A DNA stretch of 64,000 bases from NCBI GenBank assembly GCA_003971905.1, contig RSEE01000018.1:744001-808000 (forward strand). The letters run 5' to 3'. Source of the DNA: Moniliella sp. 'wahieum' (taxonomy: Eukaryota). Position 1 is the stretch's first letter, and each line of letters opens with the position of its first letter. The notes under the pieces were generated by a model that had not been told where the DNA came from, ran no database searches, and saw nothing but the letters and a program-made list of their open reading frames with translations. The position numbers were made by a program, and so were the translations under genes. Of the stretch, positions 25,047 through 38,618 are shown one piece after another.

Positions 25047-28000
25047 ATGCCCCATCATCCTGATACCACCATCCACATGCACCTGCTGCCTTTTCGGACG
25101 ATCACAACGTGTTCCCCACCTCTTTGGTACCGCAAGTACCGCAATCGATAACGCCCGGGATGCCCACGGTGATGACCCACGTTGATCCTGACTTACCACC
25201 TGACTTTCACTTCAACCCGTCCCTGCTTGGCGTCTCCGAGGCTTACCCCAGGCCCATGAGTGTGGATGAACCACAGCAGCCGCCTCTAACCAATGGTCAC
25301 GTTCATCCCCCTGACCCTGGGATCTCTCAACTCAGTGGGCCTCCCAATGATCTCCCTTTGAAGCCGCCCAGTGGCCATGATCGCACCCATACCGCTTCCC
25401 TGGCCCGCCCCCGAACTCCCTGGAAGCCTCCTTTCCCGAGGGGCACATTCGTGCTTCCGCACTGGACTCTATCAGCATGCCGCAGCAGCCGTACGGTGCA
25501 ACGGATACGTTGAATTCTTTCCATTCCACCTATGGGGCAGGCGGAGGGAGAGGTAACCACCGATCCTCTGACTTGCCGGATGCGCGTGCCCATCTCGGTC
25601 CTGCTCAGAGTACGTATGCGGATGTGGCTCGCCAGGGCCAAGGTCTTGCTGGGAAGGGAAAAGGACGTGTCGATGTCAATGGTTTTGGAACCAACGCACT
25701 TTCCCCTGCGCGGCAACTGGAGTCCAACGGCGATCAAGTTGTTTCCAGTTTCCCCAGCAACGCCCCGGCTCCCCTCCAGACCAGCCAGGACGGTCTTAGG
25801 TCGAGCGATTCCTCCCGCATGGATACCGATGTGCACATTGCGCCTCCCACAACCTGCACGTCTCCTCTTTGGAGCAACAACAGCGTGCTCGCCAAGAGCA
25901 GCATATCTTCCACCCTCCTCATGCCTACCACCCTCACCAGCATGCTTTCCAGCAACAGCGAGGAGGCAATCGGGACCGCCCAAGCCCCACTTCAAACTAC
26001 CATGCCAGAGTCATGGAGCACCATTCAGCCTGGTTGCGAGCACGGAACCATGGGCCGCATGCTTCTCATGTATGGCATGACAAGGGTAGTGGTCAAGGGA
26101 TACAAGCTACTTCCGACGCTCTTGCTGACGGGTACGATTCGATGGATGGTCATCTGGAAGCCATGATGGTGTGGGATCCACCGATGATGGCTACACCTCT
26201 CTCGGAGGCCACCTTGACCATCATACAGTCGAAAGCGGGCGTTCCCAAGTGGGTCGCATCTCTGGTCGCTTTAGTTCTGGCCCTCCGTCTGCGTCCTACT
26301 CCACAGGATCAGCGCCGCCTGAGCTGAACAAGTTGGCTGGCTCGACCTCGCAGGCGCACGGTGACGGTACTCAACACGGCGTCCACACGGTTGTTCCAAT
26401 GAGCAAACCAGTCAACCGGTCTTCCATGACCCTACAAGAGCGACGCAAACTCACGCGACTGCGGGAGGCTCGGTCCGTTTTGCAACGTTCGTTACAGGAT
26501 CGCAACTCGCTCCAAGGTGCACCAGGACCTGCTCCTACGGTATCAGGTTCCACCACTACTGTACCCGGGGCGTCTGCCACAAACTTCTGGTCATGACCAA
26601 AGCAAGTCTTCTGTCCCGATGGATCCTGCTGCTACATTTATGCCGGCCCTTCCATCGAGTTGGGAATGGAGGTATCCAGCTCGCCTTCTGTTCCTGCCTC
26701 CTCTTCCTCTCTTGCGCCTCGCGCCAAGCACCCGTCCCTTAAGCGCCCTCCCCGACCAAGTCAGTCGCCTCAGCAGTACCCCTTCTGACCCGTTCCTTGC
26801 TCATTCGTCAGTTACCACCGAAGCCCGATCCCCCCTCCCAACTCTCCCAACTTGCGAATGGCTCGACGGTACGCTGCGGTTCGCCCTCCCAGCCTATTCC
26901 GGATGCCTCCGTGCCTGTTCGACATGACGTACCGCAGGCTTCGTCCAAGGCACCTCTACCTCCCCCGCCTGCTCCGGAGCATGGCTGGGCGTCCGTCGTG
27001 CCCCCCCGAGCACCTGCTGAATCTGTGTCCATGATGGCTTACAGCTCCACTGGATTTGATATGCTCTCTGCCCTGCTCCGCGTCGCCTCGCGGCCCAATC
27101 CAGTCATCAATCTTGGGCCGGTCGACTTGTCGGCCGCGTTCACCGTGGCTGATATTGGTCTACCGGACCAGCCCATCGTGTATTGCAGCGACACCTTTCT
27201 CCGTTTGACGCGGTACGAACGGGAGGAAGTTTGGGGCTCAACTGTCGTTCCTTCAGAGTCCCAATGGCATCCTGGCCAAGGGACAGCCGCGCAGCCACAC
27301 GGATGAGGCGGCAGTGGCGCACTTGGCACGCCACATGGAGACTCTTACCGAATGCCAAGCTAGCCTGATCAACTACCGCAAAGGTGGCCAACCGTTCCTC
27401 AACCTCGTCTCGCTCGTTCCCATTCCTTGGGGCGCCAATCCAGAAATCAAGTACGTGGTCGGCTTCCAAGTCGATTTGGCCGCACAACCGGGAGCCGTAT
27501 TGGAACCAACGCCTTCGGGCGCGTTGGCGCTCACGTACCGCCCGCCTGATCTGGCCGGGCACAGTAACCCGGTCAGCACCTCGGACAAAGACATTCGTCT
27601 GCCTCCCAAAGGTGCATATTCCTCCGTCGTTAGTCCAACGACCATGGCAGGCCCGTGGAATGCAGCGGGTCCAACACTTGATCAGTCGCTTCGCGTGCCT
27701 GAGACGCTCTATCGCTCTCATCACCCTACTCCGCAACAAATGGAGAACGCAAGGGCCGTCCTGCATTCGCTCTACCCTTCCTCCCCCAGTTCCGACGAGA
27801 GTGCCGAGCCGTCAGCTACTGGCATTGTCGCCTCTCGTCGCAAGTCCGACTGGGCTCCCGTCGTACTAGCCAATTTGCCAGACATCGTGTACGTCTTGTC
27901 ACTTAAAGGCACCATCCTGTATGTTTCCCCCTCGGTGGAACGGATTGGGGGGTGGAAACCGAACGAGATGGCAGGCCGGTCGTTGGGCGAGTTTATGCAT

Positions 28001-29406
28001 CCAGCCGATGTGGTCCCCGTGTTTCGTGAGCTGAAAGATTCCACCTCCACCGCCGCCATCCAGGCTGCGATGCGAGCCGGGCAGGCCAAGATGAACGCCA
28101 ATCGGCCCATTCGCAGCGGCAAGAACAAGCGGGCAGTTACCTCCTCGCGCCCCGGCGAATCTTCGTCGCCATCCGAATCGGATACCCAACGCAACCGAAA
28201 AGCAGAGATGGTTCCCCGGGCCAAGGAGCCTGGGCCTGGGACTGGGCCTGTGGCGGTCAAGGTGCGAGCAAAAGGGAAGAAGGTCCAGGGCTGGGCGCGA
28301 CGCGTCCCGTTCCCTTTGGTCGTTGGGCCGCGCCCATGGTTCATCTCCTGTTCCGTATTCGTATCAAGGATACTGCGCAGCACCGCTGGATCGAGTCAAC
28401 GGGACGGATGCATATTGAGCAGGGCAAAGGACGCAAAGTCGTCGTTCTCCGCTCGGCCCCGCGCTGTGCATTATCTCTCCACTCAAGCTCTTGCTACGGC
28501 CATCAGCTCTTCTGGACCAAGCTTCTGGGTCCGTATGAGCAAAGACACGGGTATCTTTTATCTGTCACCCCTCCCGTTGTTCATCTCCTGGGCATCACAG
28601 CCCACCAGCTAACAGGGTCGTCGGTCAAAGATTTGACCAGTCCCCAGGGCGCTGCCGCGCTCCTGGCTGCGCTTCATGCTCCTCAACCGTCGCTTGTCAA
28701 GCACACGTTGAGGGACAGCATGGGCCATCTCACCCCTGTTCTCACCCACCTCTATCCCACTACCCCGCCTCCCCACCTACCTAAGGAGGCTGGCACTATT
28801 CCCTCTGACGGCCCACGGTGCTCGTGGGTACACGTTGGCAAGGTACCGCCCAATGTGACACTAGAGGAGAATGTGGTATACACGACTGATACGCTGGATG
28901 CAGCTTCGGAAGGGTTGGTGTCCACGTTGGACGGGCGGGAAGGCAGTGTGTTTGCTGAGCTGGACCCGCAACGGACCGCGAGCTGGCAATACGAGCTGCA
29001 CCAACTCAAGCACCTCAACAAGCGTCTGCGACAACACTTTCAACTTGCCTATACACGAAGCAAGAACCAAGTGGGCCCAAGCTCAGCCACCGACCCAACC
29101 CCAGGCCCAGGACCGCGCTCAGACCCAACGGCGCGGGAGGAACAGGAGGAATGGAACTTGGCTTCCTCGTCGTTCGCGTTGAACCCGACGACAGATGTGG
29201 CCCAGGTCCAGGTACCGCGTCCCACCGCCACTGGACGTACGACACGATTGAACTTGAGCGAAACAGCAATGCAAGACATGATGTACCCTTCTTCCTTCCC
29301 CCATGCTCCTGATCATGACCACGATTCCCCCTCCCAGTCCTCTGCAGGCGACCGCAACACCCCCGTCGACCGACTGTTTGCTGGCAACCCGCAATGGCCA
29401 ACGTGA
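25047..29406 (+). CDS. wc-1: White collar-1-like blue-light photoreceptor (LOV + PAS domains, no GATA zinc finger)
   Basis: YSSTGFDMLSALLRVASRPNPVINLGPVDLS, PIVYCSDTF, G.NCR(FLQ) at ~27233..27256, INYRKGGQPFLNL, VGFQVDL; PAS LPDIVYVLSLKGTILYVSPSV..HPADVVPVFRELKD; RMHIEQGKGRK; SVFAELDPQRTASWQYELHQLK. Start and end are uncertain because of frameshifts. Confidence 0.92.
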
Positions 29407-30370
29407 CCACCCGCCCCGGTCTCGTTCGGTGTCTCGCGCCGGGTCGGGTCGGGAGATGGGTCGGGAGATGGGACGGAGTCGGGGTCTGGGTCTGGGTCCG
29501 GGTCGGTGCCAAACCCAAGGCCAGGTAGAAGGAGAAACAGGCACGGCCACGGCCACGGCCACAGGCACAGGCATAGGCCCAGGAACAAGCTCAAGTGCCG
29601 GATCAGGCTCCGGGTCCGGATCTGGGTCTGGGTCTGGGTCTGGGTCTGGGACTGGGTCCGCATCAGGCGCACCAACCACCAGCTCTGCCACCGACGCTAC
29701 CTCTTCCACGGGTGCGACAAGCGCGGGCGAAGTGGTTCCGCGTGCGCGACGGTCGATGTTGCAAGGTCCGCCGGGCAACACGTTGCTCAACAGCGGGGCG
29801 AGTCTGTTGAGTGGGGACGATGCATGTGATGCGTCGTCGCTCTATGGTGCTTGTGCGGGTGCGGGTGAGGGCGAAGAGGGGTCGCAAGCGCCCCACTGGC
29901 CGGATTCGCAGGTCTGGATGGGACGCACTACCTGGAACAAGAGGTCCCGCGTGGCAGGGAACGGGGGGGCGACTCGGGCGATTCAGGCGACCGGTCGGAG
30001 TCGGGTGAGTGAGAAGATGAGGTGGCAATGCATGCACATGATATGGGGCTTGAGCTGGAAGGAGGAGGATAGGACGGAGATGGGGATGGGGAGATATGAT
30101 GTGGATGATTGACATGGGGCATGGCCATGGAGGGCCAATGGAATATTGACGGGAGCAGACGTGGACCCAGGTGATGATCACATGGATCACATTTATCACG
30201 CTGATCACCGGAGTCACCTCGGTGATGATCATGCACCGAGTTTTTGTTTTGCTGTCTCAGGGCGGAGAGGATCAGCGCGCGCCCCACGGCCAGATCCCCA
30301 GCGGCCAGCACACTGGCGCTGTGCCTGTGCCCCGCCGCCAGTGGACCCCCTGCGGGCTGGCCCAGACGAG

Positions 30371-33300
30371 ATGTCAACGTCCGCTGCTGCTAGGAGCTCC
30401 TGCCCGCCGCCCCTCTCATCACCACCACCTCCACTTCCACCGCCACCGCCACCACCACCACCTCCACCAGCCCCCGTCCTCCATGGCTGCTGCTCCTCCC
30501 CCGCTGCCACCCCACAGCGCACACGCGCACCGCCCTCAGTGCCATGTCGCTCGACGAGGTCGAGTGGGCCCCACCTTCGTCCCCATCCCGCACCCCCACG
30601 AGCCAGGTGCGCGACAGCTACAGCACCAACTGCAGCACCAGCACCAGCACAGCCGGGTTTACCAGTTGGCACACCAGTTCCACTCTCGACAGCGTCGGAC
30701 GCAGCTCCTTTGCCAGCGCCCTTCTGCTGAGCGAGCCCCTCTCTCCCGACGCCATCACTGGCCGCCCGTCTGGACCCTCTGCCCCGTCCGACCACACCCA
30801 CCACACCCTCCCATCTACCGACATGACCACCATACCCACCATACCCAGTCCTCAGGCGCAGATCCGTTTCGCTTTGCCCTGCCCGATCTCAATGCGCCGC
30901 CTGATACGCCTACTGCCTCCGCTTCCGAACCTGCCAGTCACGACCAAGCCATTTCTTCCCACGACGCCGACGAGAGCAGACAAGAGACCGACACCGAGGT
31001 GGAGACCGAGACTGAAACCGAGACTGAAACCGAGGCTGGAGCCCATACGCCTGGTCCCCACCCGGGCCCAGCACGTCCCACTGCTTGGGGTGCGTATTTT
31101 TGGGCGGTAGTGACCGACCCAGTGACTGGGGAACCTTTCTTTGCCAATCCCCACAGGTGAGTGTCGATGGCAAGTTCCAGCCGGCACTCTTGTTCTTCCC
31201 CGCCCAAGGAGGGCTTGGCTCGAATTCTTTGACAGCGCTCTTGCCCGGCCTTATTTCCACAACACCATTTCGCAGGCGACTCAGTGGGACCGTCCTAATG
31301 GTCTGATTATCCCCATGACGGCTGTGCAGGAGTCAACCATCCCTGCCCTGTCCCTGACACCCACCAAAGCTAAGCGTTTCTCTCTCTCTTTCTCCGCAGT
31401 GCGAAAAAATCGCACCGCCCTCTCCCGCCGAAAAACCATCAGCAATGGGCAAGGCCCGCATGCCGCGGCCGCGCCGCGAATCCGCTCCCAGTCCTCATCG
31501 TCGACATGCTCGCCGAGTTCGACCTGCAGAAAAAGAGGTACTTCCTTCGACTGAACTCGCCTCCCATGTTGCCAACGCGATGCTGCACGCTCCTCCTAGG
31601 GCTTCGCCAACTTACTCCTCTTCATCGCCTTCCCCATCGATTTCTCCATCAGCATCTTCTGCCCATACGGCACCAGCCTCCGTACCCACTACAGCTCCCA
31701 CCGCACCTTCGGCTTTGAGTTCACTTTCTTCCCCTGTATCCTCGTCTCCCCATCCACGTGCCCCCAAGGCTATGGGCGGCACCCTCCAATGGGCTACGTA
31801 TGCAGCAGAAAATTCTCTTCGCAACGCGGGGGGATTTTACGCTTGGGGCGCAAAATTCCGTTGGACCGACTCCAAGCATGGCAACGTGACCCCATTTCTT
31901 CGCCCCTGTTGGAGTCAACAGCACGAACTAACGTTCGAGAGGCAGTGACCATCTTTAAGATCATCTTGCGCGTCTGCGGAGACAGAGCAGCACCCGTACT
32001 CTCCTCCTCAAGCACAGTATTGGATGAGCTGCAGTGGGTCGTCGACACGGGTCTGATGCATGCTGGGTTGCGGGACGAAGTGGTGCGTACTTACCTTCCT
32101 TTCCTTTTGTCTTCTTAACAGGATGAGATGTGCTAACCGTGTCATCGCTCTAGTTTGTCCAATTGATCAAGCAACTCACCAACAATCCCAGCGCCGACGG
32201 TCGCTTTCGCGGATGGCAATGATATGCGCGGTGCTCATCACGGGCTTCCCCCCCTCAGATGAACTTCAAGGTCCATTGGAATCGTGGATTGAGGAGCGAC
32301 GGGAATTGCTTCACCCCTCGGTGGAACATCCAGAACGAGAAAACGATGTGATTGTGACCGTCATGACCGCCTGTACCACCTGGCTTAAGGCAGCCACACA
32401 TCGCGGTGCACGGATGGAAGCACCAAGCATTGAGGATGTCGTTGCTGCCTTGGAAAGTCCCTTCAATCCCTGCGTGTTTGGTTTGGGCCTTGACAAGGCC
32501 ATGGCAGTCCAGCTGCTTACCCTCTTGCCCAAGTTCCCGTCGTTCTCTCCTTCTGTGCCGACGCGATGCTCGCCCTCGACGCACCCAGAACCAAAGGCAT
32601 GTGGCTACGTACCCCCGATTCTACCACGGTTCAGGCCTTATCACATCGCATTGATCGTGGCACGTACGCCCTGGCGGGACTGCCATCCGATCCCTCTTTA
32701 CCAGCATGCGTACTCATGTCGTACCTGGCCCAACTCGTTCCTTGTCTGCTGCCACCATCCTTGATCCCCGAGACGGCCTGCGTCGCACGCATCCTTGGTC
32801 CGACTCTTGCGGCCGCTGGATCCGCTCCCGCGCAGGGTATTTCTTTTCATCCTTAGCTTCCTCCAAGTATTTTGTACGCCCGAGTCGGTCGCTGCAACGG
32901 GAGTGCCGCCAGCTAGGATGGCAGCATGCTTTGCGCCTGTTTTGTTTGGCGCCAAGGATGCCTGGAGACCATCTCGAATGCCCGGTCAAACCAATCAAGC
33001 CGGTCACGCGAAGCCTCTTTCCTAACTTCTTGTTTGCTCCACTTGGATTGCACCCGGGTTGACCCGGAGTACATCCCTTCCCACGGCCGCGGACCCGAAC
33101 AAGTCGATCCCGATTCGGCAACCGAAGAGATCCTTCCTCCGGCTACCATCCCCCCGGGCAAGGGCGGATCCGGCGGAACAGTTCGTCTCTTACCCCGTTG
33201 CTTCGCCGCCTTCCTTGGCGCCCGCTCTGTTGGTCGAGTCGGCCACATCGGAAGACGATATGGGCGAGGTGGGCAGTCCCGACCTCGAACTTTCTGATCC

Positions 33301-33712
33301 TGGATTCGATTATGAGCTTCAATCAGCTGCTCAATCCGCACGGACCTCCCGCTTGATTCTCAATGGCATCAATGGTCTCCCCACCCTCGCTTCGGCACTC
33401 GCGCCTATCACGCCGACTGCGGATTCCCCCTCCCTGCACTTCATGCACTGTGACATGTGTTGCATGATGCATGATGCTTCCACCTGTCCTTGTCTTTTGA
33501 ACCCCCCCCCCTTCCTCATCATTCCACGCATCCTCCTCTCCATCTCTGTTTCTATCACCACCTCTCTCTCTACCTCTCTTTCTATATCACTCGCTCCCAC
33601 CCTCTCGCCCTCTCCCTCATTCGCCCTCTCTCTCGCAACCCGCCGCTCCGGATCTGGTTTTGTCCCATCCTTCGGAACCCATCCTCATCACACAGTAACC
33701 AGTTCGACATGA
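30371..33712 (+). CDS. WW-WW-MyTH4-RhoGAP protein (ARHGAP39-like architecture)
   Basis: Tandem WW-like FWAVVTDPVTGEPFFANPHTGECRWQVP and WLEFFDSALARPYFHNTISQATQWDRP; MyTH4 EAVTIFKIILRVCGDR..GLRDEV..QLIKQLTNNP..GW..FPPS; RhoGAP-like VFGLGLDKAM..FCADAMLAL..FAPVLF. Boundaries approximate. Confidence 0.82.
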
Positions 33713-33967
33713 ATACAGCTTCGGTATCTACACAACAGATCAGGGTAGGTAAGGGGGAGGTCAGAGGTCAGGGGTCAGGAAGCGAGAGGGCGAGGGTACA
33801 AATACAGCATCAAACAACACTAAAAGCAGTGGTGTCAAAACAAAACGAAGAAAACGTAACACAAAAAGGAGAGAAAGCGACTAGGACTGTAGTGGGTGGA
33901 GGGAGAGGATGGGTGGGGTACTAGTAGTGGTACGCAAAAGTTAAGGGAGACGACAGAGCCTTAAGCG

Positions 33968-35632
33968 TCAAGCATTGACGGTAGAGCCCTTGCCAGGTGT
34001 GGTGCGTGCACGCCGTCGGCTCGAAGGAAGGCTATGCACACGAAGGTGTTGATGAAGATTATCGTGACGGGCAAAGCTCTTGAAGCAGCCATGGTGGGGA
34101 CAAGCATAAGCTGCAAACGTAAGTGCCCCCTTTGTTAGTCAACCCTTGGAGCGAGAGAGAAACGAGAGAAACAATGTACAGGAACGCAGGAGCACAGGAG
34201 CACAGGAGCACAGGAGCCAAAGGACTAGAGAGGGAGACGTACGACGAGCAGTAGAATGGAGCGAACGTAGATGCCGATGCAAATGTTCCGCCCGACGAAA
34301 GAGTTTGCGACAATCGGGTACATGACATGCCCATACCCTCCCCCCCTTGCCCACCTTACCACGCGACACCATCTCCTCCACCGTCGTTGGCACCGACCTG
34401 CCACGGGTCGGACGGCCCTCATATCCCCACCGCATGCACATCCACCGTCTGAGGAGCCGGAGCCAATTGTACCTCTGGCGCCGGTGGGTTGGGAGCCAGC
34501 GAAGGAGCTGGATCGACTTGCCAGCTTACTGCGTTCGTCTCTTCGTGCTGCGGTGGAGGGTCGCGCAAGCCGTCGCAATCGATCAGGTCCGAAAGGGAAA
34601 GATGGAGGAAGCGTCCCACACATCCGCCGAAGAGAGAACGGGTCAAGAGGGGCTCAAAACAGAGTGCTGGCGGTGGGTTCACGTCTTGCGCAGTGGGTAG
34701 ACCCGACCCGTAGGAACTCGCACCCGACCGCTCGGCCCGATAGGTAGGCATGCTAGCGCTAGGGGAAAGGCGGACGTGGCGGACGAGGGGGGCAGAGGTG
34801 AAGGCGCACAGGAGGATGGCTGGTACGCCTGGATAAGCTGCTTGAACCGTAGGACAAGGGGTGGGGATGCGGTTGGGGCTGCGCAGATGAGCGCGGGGGC
34901 AGGTGCGGCTGTTGATGGCCAGAAGTGAGAAAAGGTTTGGGAAAGCCCCATGACGAGGGCATGGACAAGGAAAGAGGGTCATCGTTCGTCAAAGAGAGAG
35001 ATGGAAGGACGAGCCCAGGAGGGCAGGCGAGGCGCATGGGGCAGAGAGGGAAAGGTTCGAGAGGTTGAGGGCTGGGCTGTCAGTGGACGACAGGGCGGAG
35101 GAGTGGGAGTACAAATGATTGGCACTCTGTGACGACAGGGAAGGGGCATGAAGAGAAGTGATTGAGGGGGAAAGAAAATGGGGTACGACCGGACGTGGCA
35201 GTGGTTCAGAGCTGCTCATCAACGCCGACTGGTCCGTGGGCGGAGTGGCGAAGGGAGCCTGGTAAAGCCACGACGAGGGGGGCGGGCGTGGGAGGTGGTT
35301 TTGTGAGTTGATCTGCGGTGAGGGCAGGACTTGGTCCAGTTCAGACAGGTCTAGCATGCTGGACGACTGGTCGAAGCCGCCGGCGTTACCGCTATAGTCG
35401 GGTTTGGGCGACGGGGGCTACCACGGTGAGTGGCGACGGCTGCGGGCGCGTCGGACCGTGCGGCATGGAGAGCAAAAGCGACAGGGTCGACGGCTTTGCT
35501 TCTTTCGCGGGGGCCGACGGTGTGTCGGACGGCGGAGCGGGGGGCATGAGGCTGGCGGAGGAGGCAGCGGAGAGGGAGGCGCACGGGTGGCACGGATGTT
35601 GGGCGACCACGCAGACAGGCAGCCGCACTCAT
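33968..35632 (-). CDS. Two-finger C2H2 transcription factor (Msn2/Seb1-like finger type)
   Basis: WACHVPDCRKLFRRAEHLHRHLRSLH, intron 34111..34242 (GTACGT..ACTAAC..CAG), then PYACPHHGCFKSFARHDNLHQHLRVH; stop at 33968..33970. The start is uncertain (35632 or 35548). Confidence 0.85.
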
Positions 35633-35708
35633 TTTCCCTGACAGGCGGGAGTGCGGGGGGAATATTTATATGTGTGCGACCGTGGCCTGCGGTTGGAGAA
35701 GGGGGAAA

Positions 35709-35760
35709 GGCGATTGGCGATTGGCGATTGGCGATGGGCAATTGGAGATTGGCGATTGGC
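35709..35760. repeat. (GGCGATT)n degenerate 7-bp tandem repeat upstream of the C2H2 gene
   Basis: About 7 units visible. Confidence 0.85.
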
Positions 35761-37851
35761 GTGCCTGGGTTGTCTGGGCCTGCCGCGCCCTGTGCTGCCC
35801 TGCCTGGCCAGTCGTGGTGCGGGGCGGGGGAGGGGGGCAGTCTGCGGCAGTGGAAAGCCACGGTGACGTCACAGGGACCAGCGCGGCGCAAGTGCTGGGC
35901 AGCGCTCGCAACGCGCGCTGCCACCGCCATGCGCTCCTCCCGGCTGCTCCACTGCCGGCCCAGCGCGCCTGGGGCGGGCGAGGCGGAACGCGTGGTGAGT
36001 GAGTATAACGCACAAGCGATGACCGGCCGGCGACCCGATATAGTCCGTTGCGCGACGGATATCCACGCGCCCAGTCTCCTGTGGCGCCCTGCTGCCTACC
36101 GCCCGCCAAAGAAGCCGTTCCCCTTTCCCATCCACCACCTCCATTTCCCCTTTTCTCAACAGCGCCAACGTCGGCTCCCTTCGCCCTTTCCCCTTATCCC
36201 TACTGTCATCCCTTGCCTCAACGTTCAACTTTTTTCTATTAGTCTTTGCACGTTGGCAACATGGCGACGCATTACAGCTGTAAACGATGTGGTTCCGTGG
36301 AGGCCGGGCACTGCAGGCACAAAGACATCATATGCTATTGCCCATTTGATGGGGCAGCCCTGTGTTTTCTCCTCTTTGCACAACCTCAGGGAGACTTGCA
36401 GCAACACGGTTGCAGCCAAGCGTGGAACGGGAAATATGCTGGTCGGTATGGTCGTGCGCGTTGACAGTGCAGAGCTCACGCGCGACACGATTAGGTTGGG
36501 ACGCCTGGAACGGTCTCCGCAAAATGCTTCTCATATCCCCTTCTGTGGTGAGAAAGCCTAACATTTTTACATAGAGAGAGACAGGATCGGTAGCAATAAG
36601 CTCTCTGTCGGACCTTCCGAACTAAGCTTCTCTGCGCGAGACAGCATGATCGTTTTCACACATGCTTGACGGGGGTTTTCAGCGTGGAGATGGACCGAAC
36701 AATGCCGCGGAGCATTTGGCCAGGGTCCTAAAGCCAGTGAGAAGTAGCGTAGTCTGTCGTTGATGTTGACATGTGACATCCAACAAAGCCCCTTCGGTCC
36801 ATCACCTTGCATGTGGCTGCCGGGAAGTCGTTTTGCACCGCGATAGTCCCGATATGTATGGCGCAGATACCTACCCGGGCCTTTCTTCACTTATTCGCTT
36901 ATGTTTTTGATTCCCCCCCAACGAGAACAGCCCGTCGAAACATCTTCCTATCCCTTAATTAAGTATGCTCATAACTCTTTTCTCCACAGTACTAGTTGAT
37001 TCCTTTTATGTCATCCAATAAACCGTGGACCTTACTTTCCCACATGAGGCACTTTTGAGTTCTTGTTTGTTAGAGTAACCAAGTTTGTTATAGACTGTGA
37101 GCGCTGAGCCGATCCCGCTCACCTGCGAGCAGTAGTGTATACCGTGAAGCTAGAAAGGGAGAGGAAAAATTCCACACCAAGCCACAGAGAAATGGACTCG
37201 TAACTGGTAATAAGTTGTGCGGACGGTAGAGACCCAGAAGGGTATAGAGACTCGGTGAGTTTGTAAGCTGCCGGTGGTGAGCGTTCTTGACATCATTTAA
37301 GCTTCATTATGCGTGAACACCCAGATCGCAGCGACACAATATGCAGACGTACTTTTGATGGTCGCCCTCGCGCAAGGTTTAACGTTTAACGTTTAACCCC
37401 CCCCCTTTATTTTTGTTAACGATAGCAAGGGGCCATGTGTTATGCCACCAGGTAAAGCTCTCTGTCTAAACACATGAATCACAAATCACATGCTAGTATG
37501 TTTTCTGGCACTGAGTGTTAGACTACGGAGCACTGAGCAAGGAAGGCGGTGACTATATGTAACAGAGACACCACGTCAACCTAATAACTGGAAAATGATT
37601 TTGATGCTGCCCTCTCACTTTGGCGTCCTAGTGCTTCCCTCAGAGTGACACCTGGGCCCTAGCGCTCATGCGTCGTTAGTCATTGTACAGCCCAGCAGTT
37701 AGTCAATGTACAGTCGAGCCCGCCTGCACGGGTCTCACGCACGTTTCCTGGTAGTTCCTGCCCATATATCGTCGGCCCCAGCCTCTTGGTTTCACCCCCG
37801 CCACCTCCTCCTCTCCACTCTTCTTACGAAACCACGCATACGCTTCTCACG

Positions 37852-38618
37852 ATGGCCTCTCTTGTCGGCATGCTCCCCCCTCAGGTACGGGGGCTCACGA
37901 ACATCAATGTCCCTCCCCACGTCAAAGCGGCCCACTCAAAGGTCCAGTACTATGTCGACCAGATCGATAACGAGGTAAGCATTCATGCTTCTCGCTATAT
38001 CCCGGGCACATCGTTGTTTGCATTCACTCATTGTTTGTTTTTTTGTAGCTCGATAAGTTCCCCCTCCTTGTCAAGCTTGAAAAGGTCATGAAGGTGAACA
38101 AGGCCTGGAGCACGATCGCTCTCTTCTGTTTCCTCGCCACAGCCATCTTCTTCAACGTGGCTGCAACTTTCCTCACCAATGTCTTAGGGTCGGTCTGCCC
38201 GCATACCTTTCCCTCGTCTCGCTTGAAACACTGGATAGCAAGGATGATCAACAGTGGTATGTGATCCATCCCCCAACTCTTGCAAGTTGATGCATGTGTC
38301 GTCCGTTGTTGTTATGGGAAAAAAGCGGTGCATCTAGCCGGCATCTGGCTACGATTGTTCTAACCTCAGCTCACGTTTTTTTTGCTCTTTTGTTTGCCAC
38401 CCAGGTTGACCTATTGGGCCGTGTTTGGTTGCTTTTCGGTTCTTGAGTCGTTTTCCAAAGTAGTGGTCTACTATTTCCCCTTCTACTACACCTTCAAGGC
38501 GATGGCGCTTGTATGGCTCATGCTGCCTCGGACAAGAGGAGCGAAGCTGATTTACACCAAGGTCATCCGACCTGTATTCTTCTTTAAGCAGATGCAGGCC
38601 TCAAAGGCCAAGGAGTAA
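37852..38618 (+). CDS. YOP1: Yop1/REEP (TB2/DP1/HVA22) ER-shaping protein
   Basis: LDKFPSLVKLEKVMKVNK, ATFLTNVLG, DDQQW|LTYWAVFGCFSVLESF..FPFYYTFKAMALVWLMLPRTRGAKLIY. Two introns (~37975..38048 and ~38257..38404). Confidence 0.92.
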
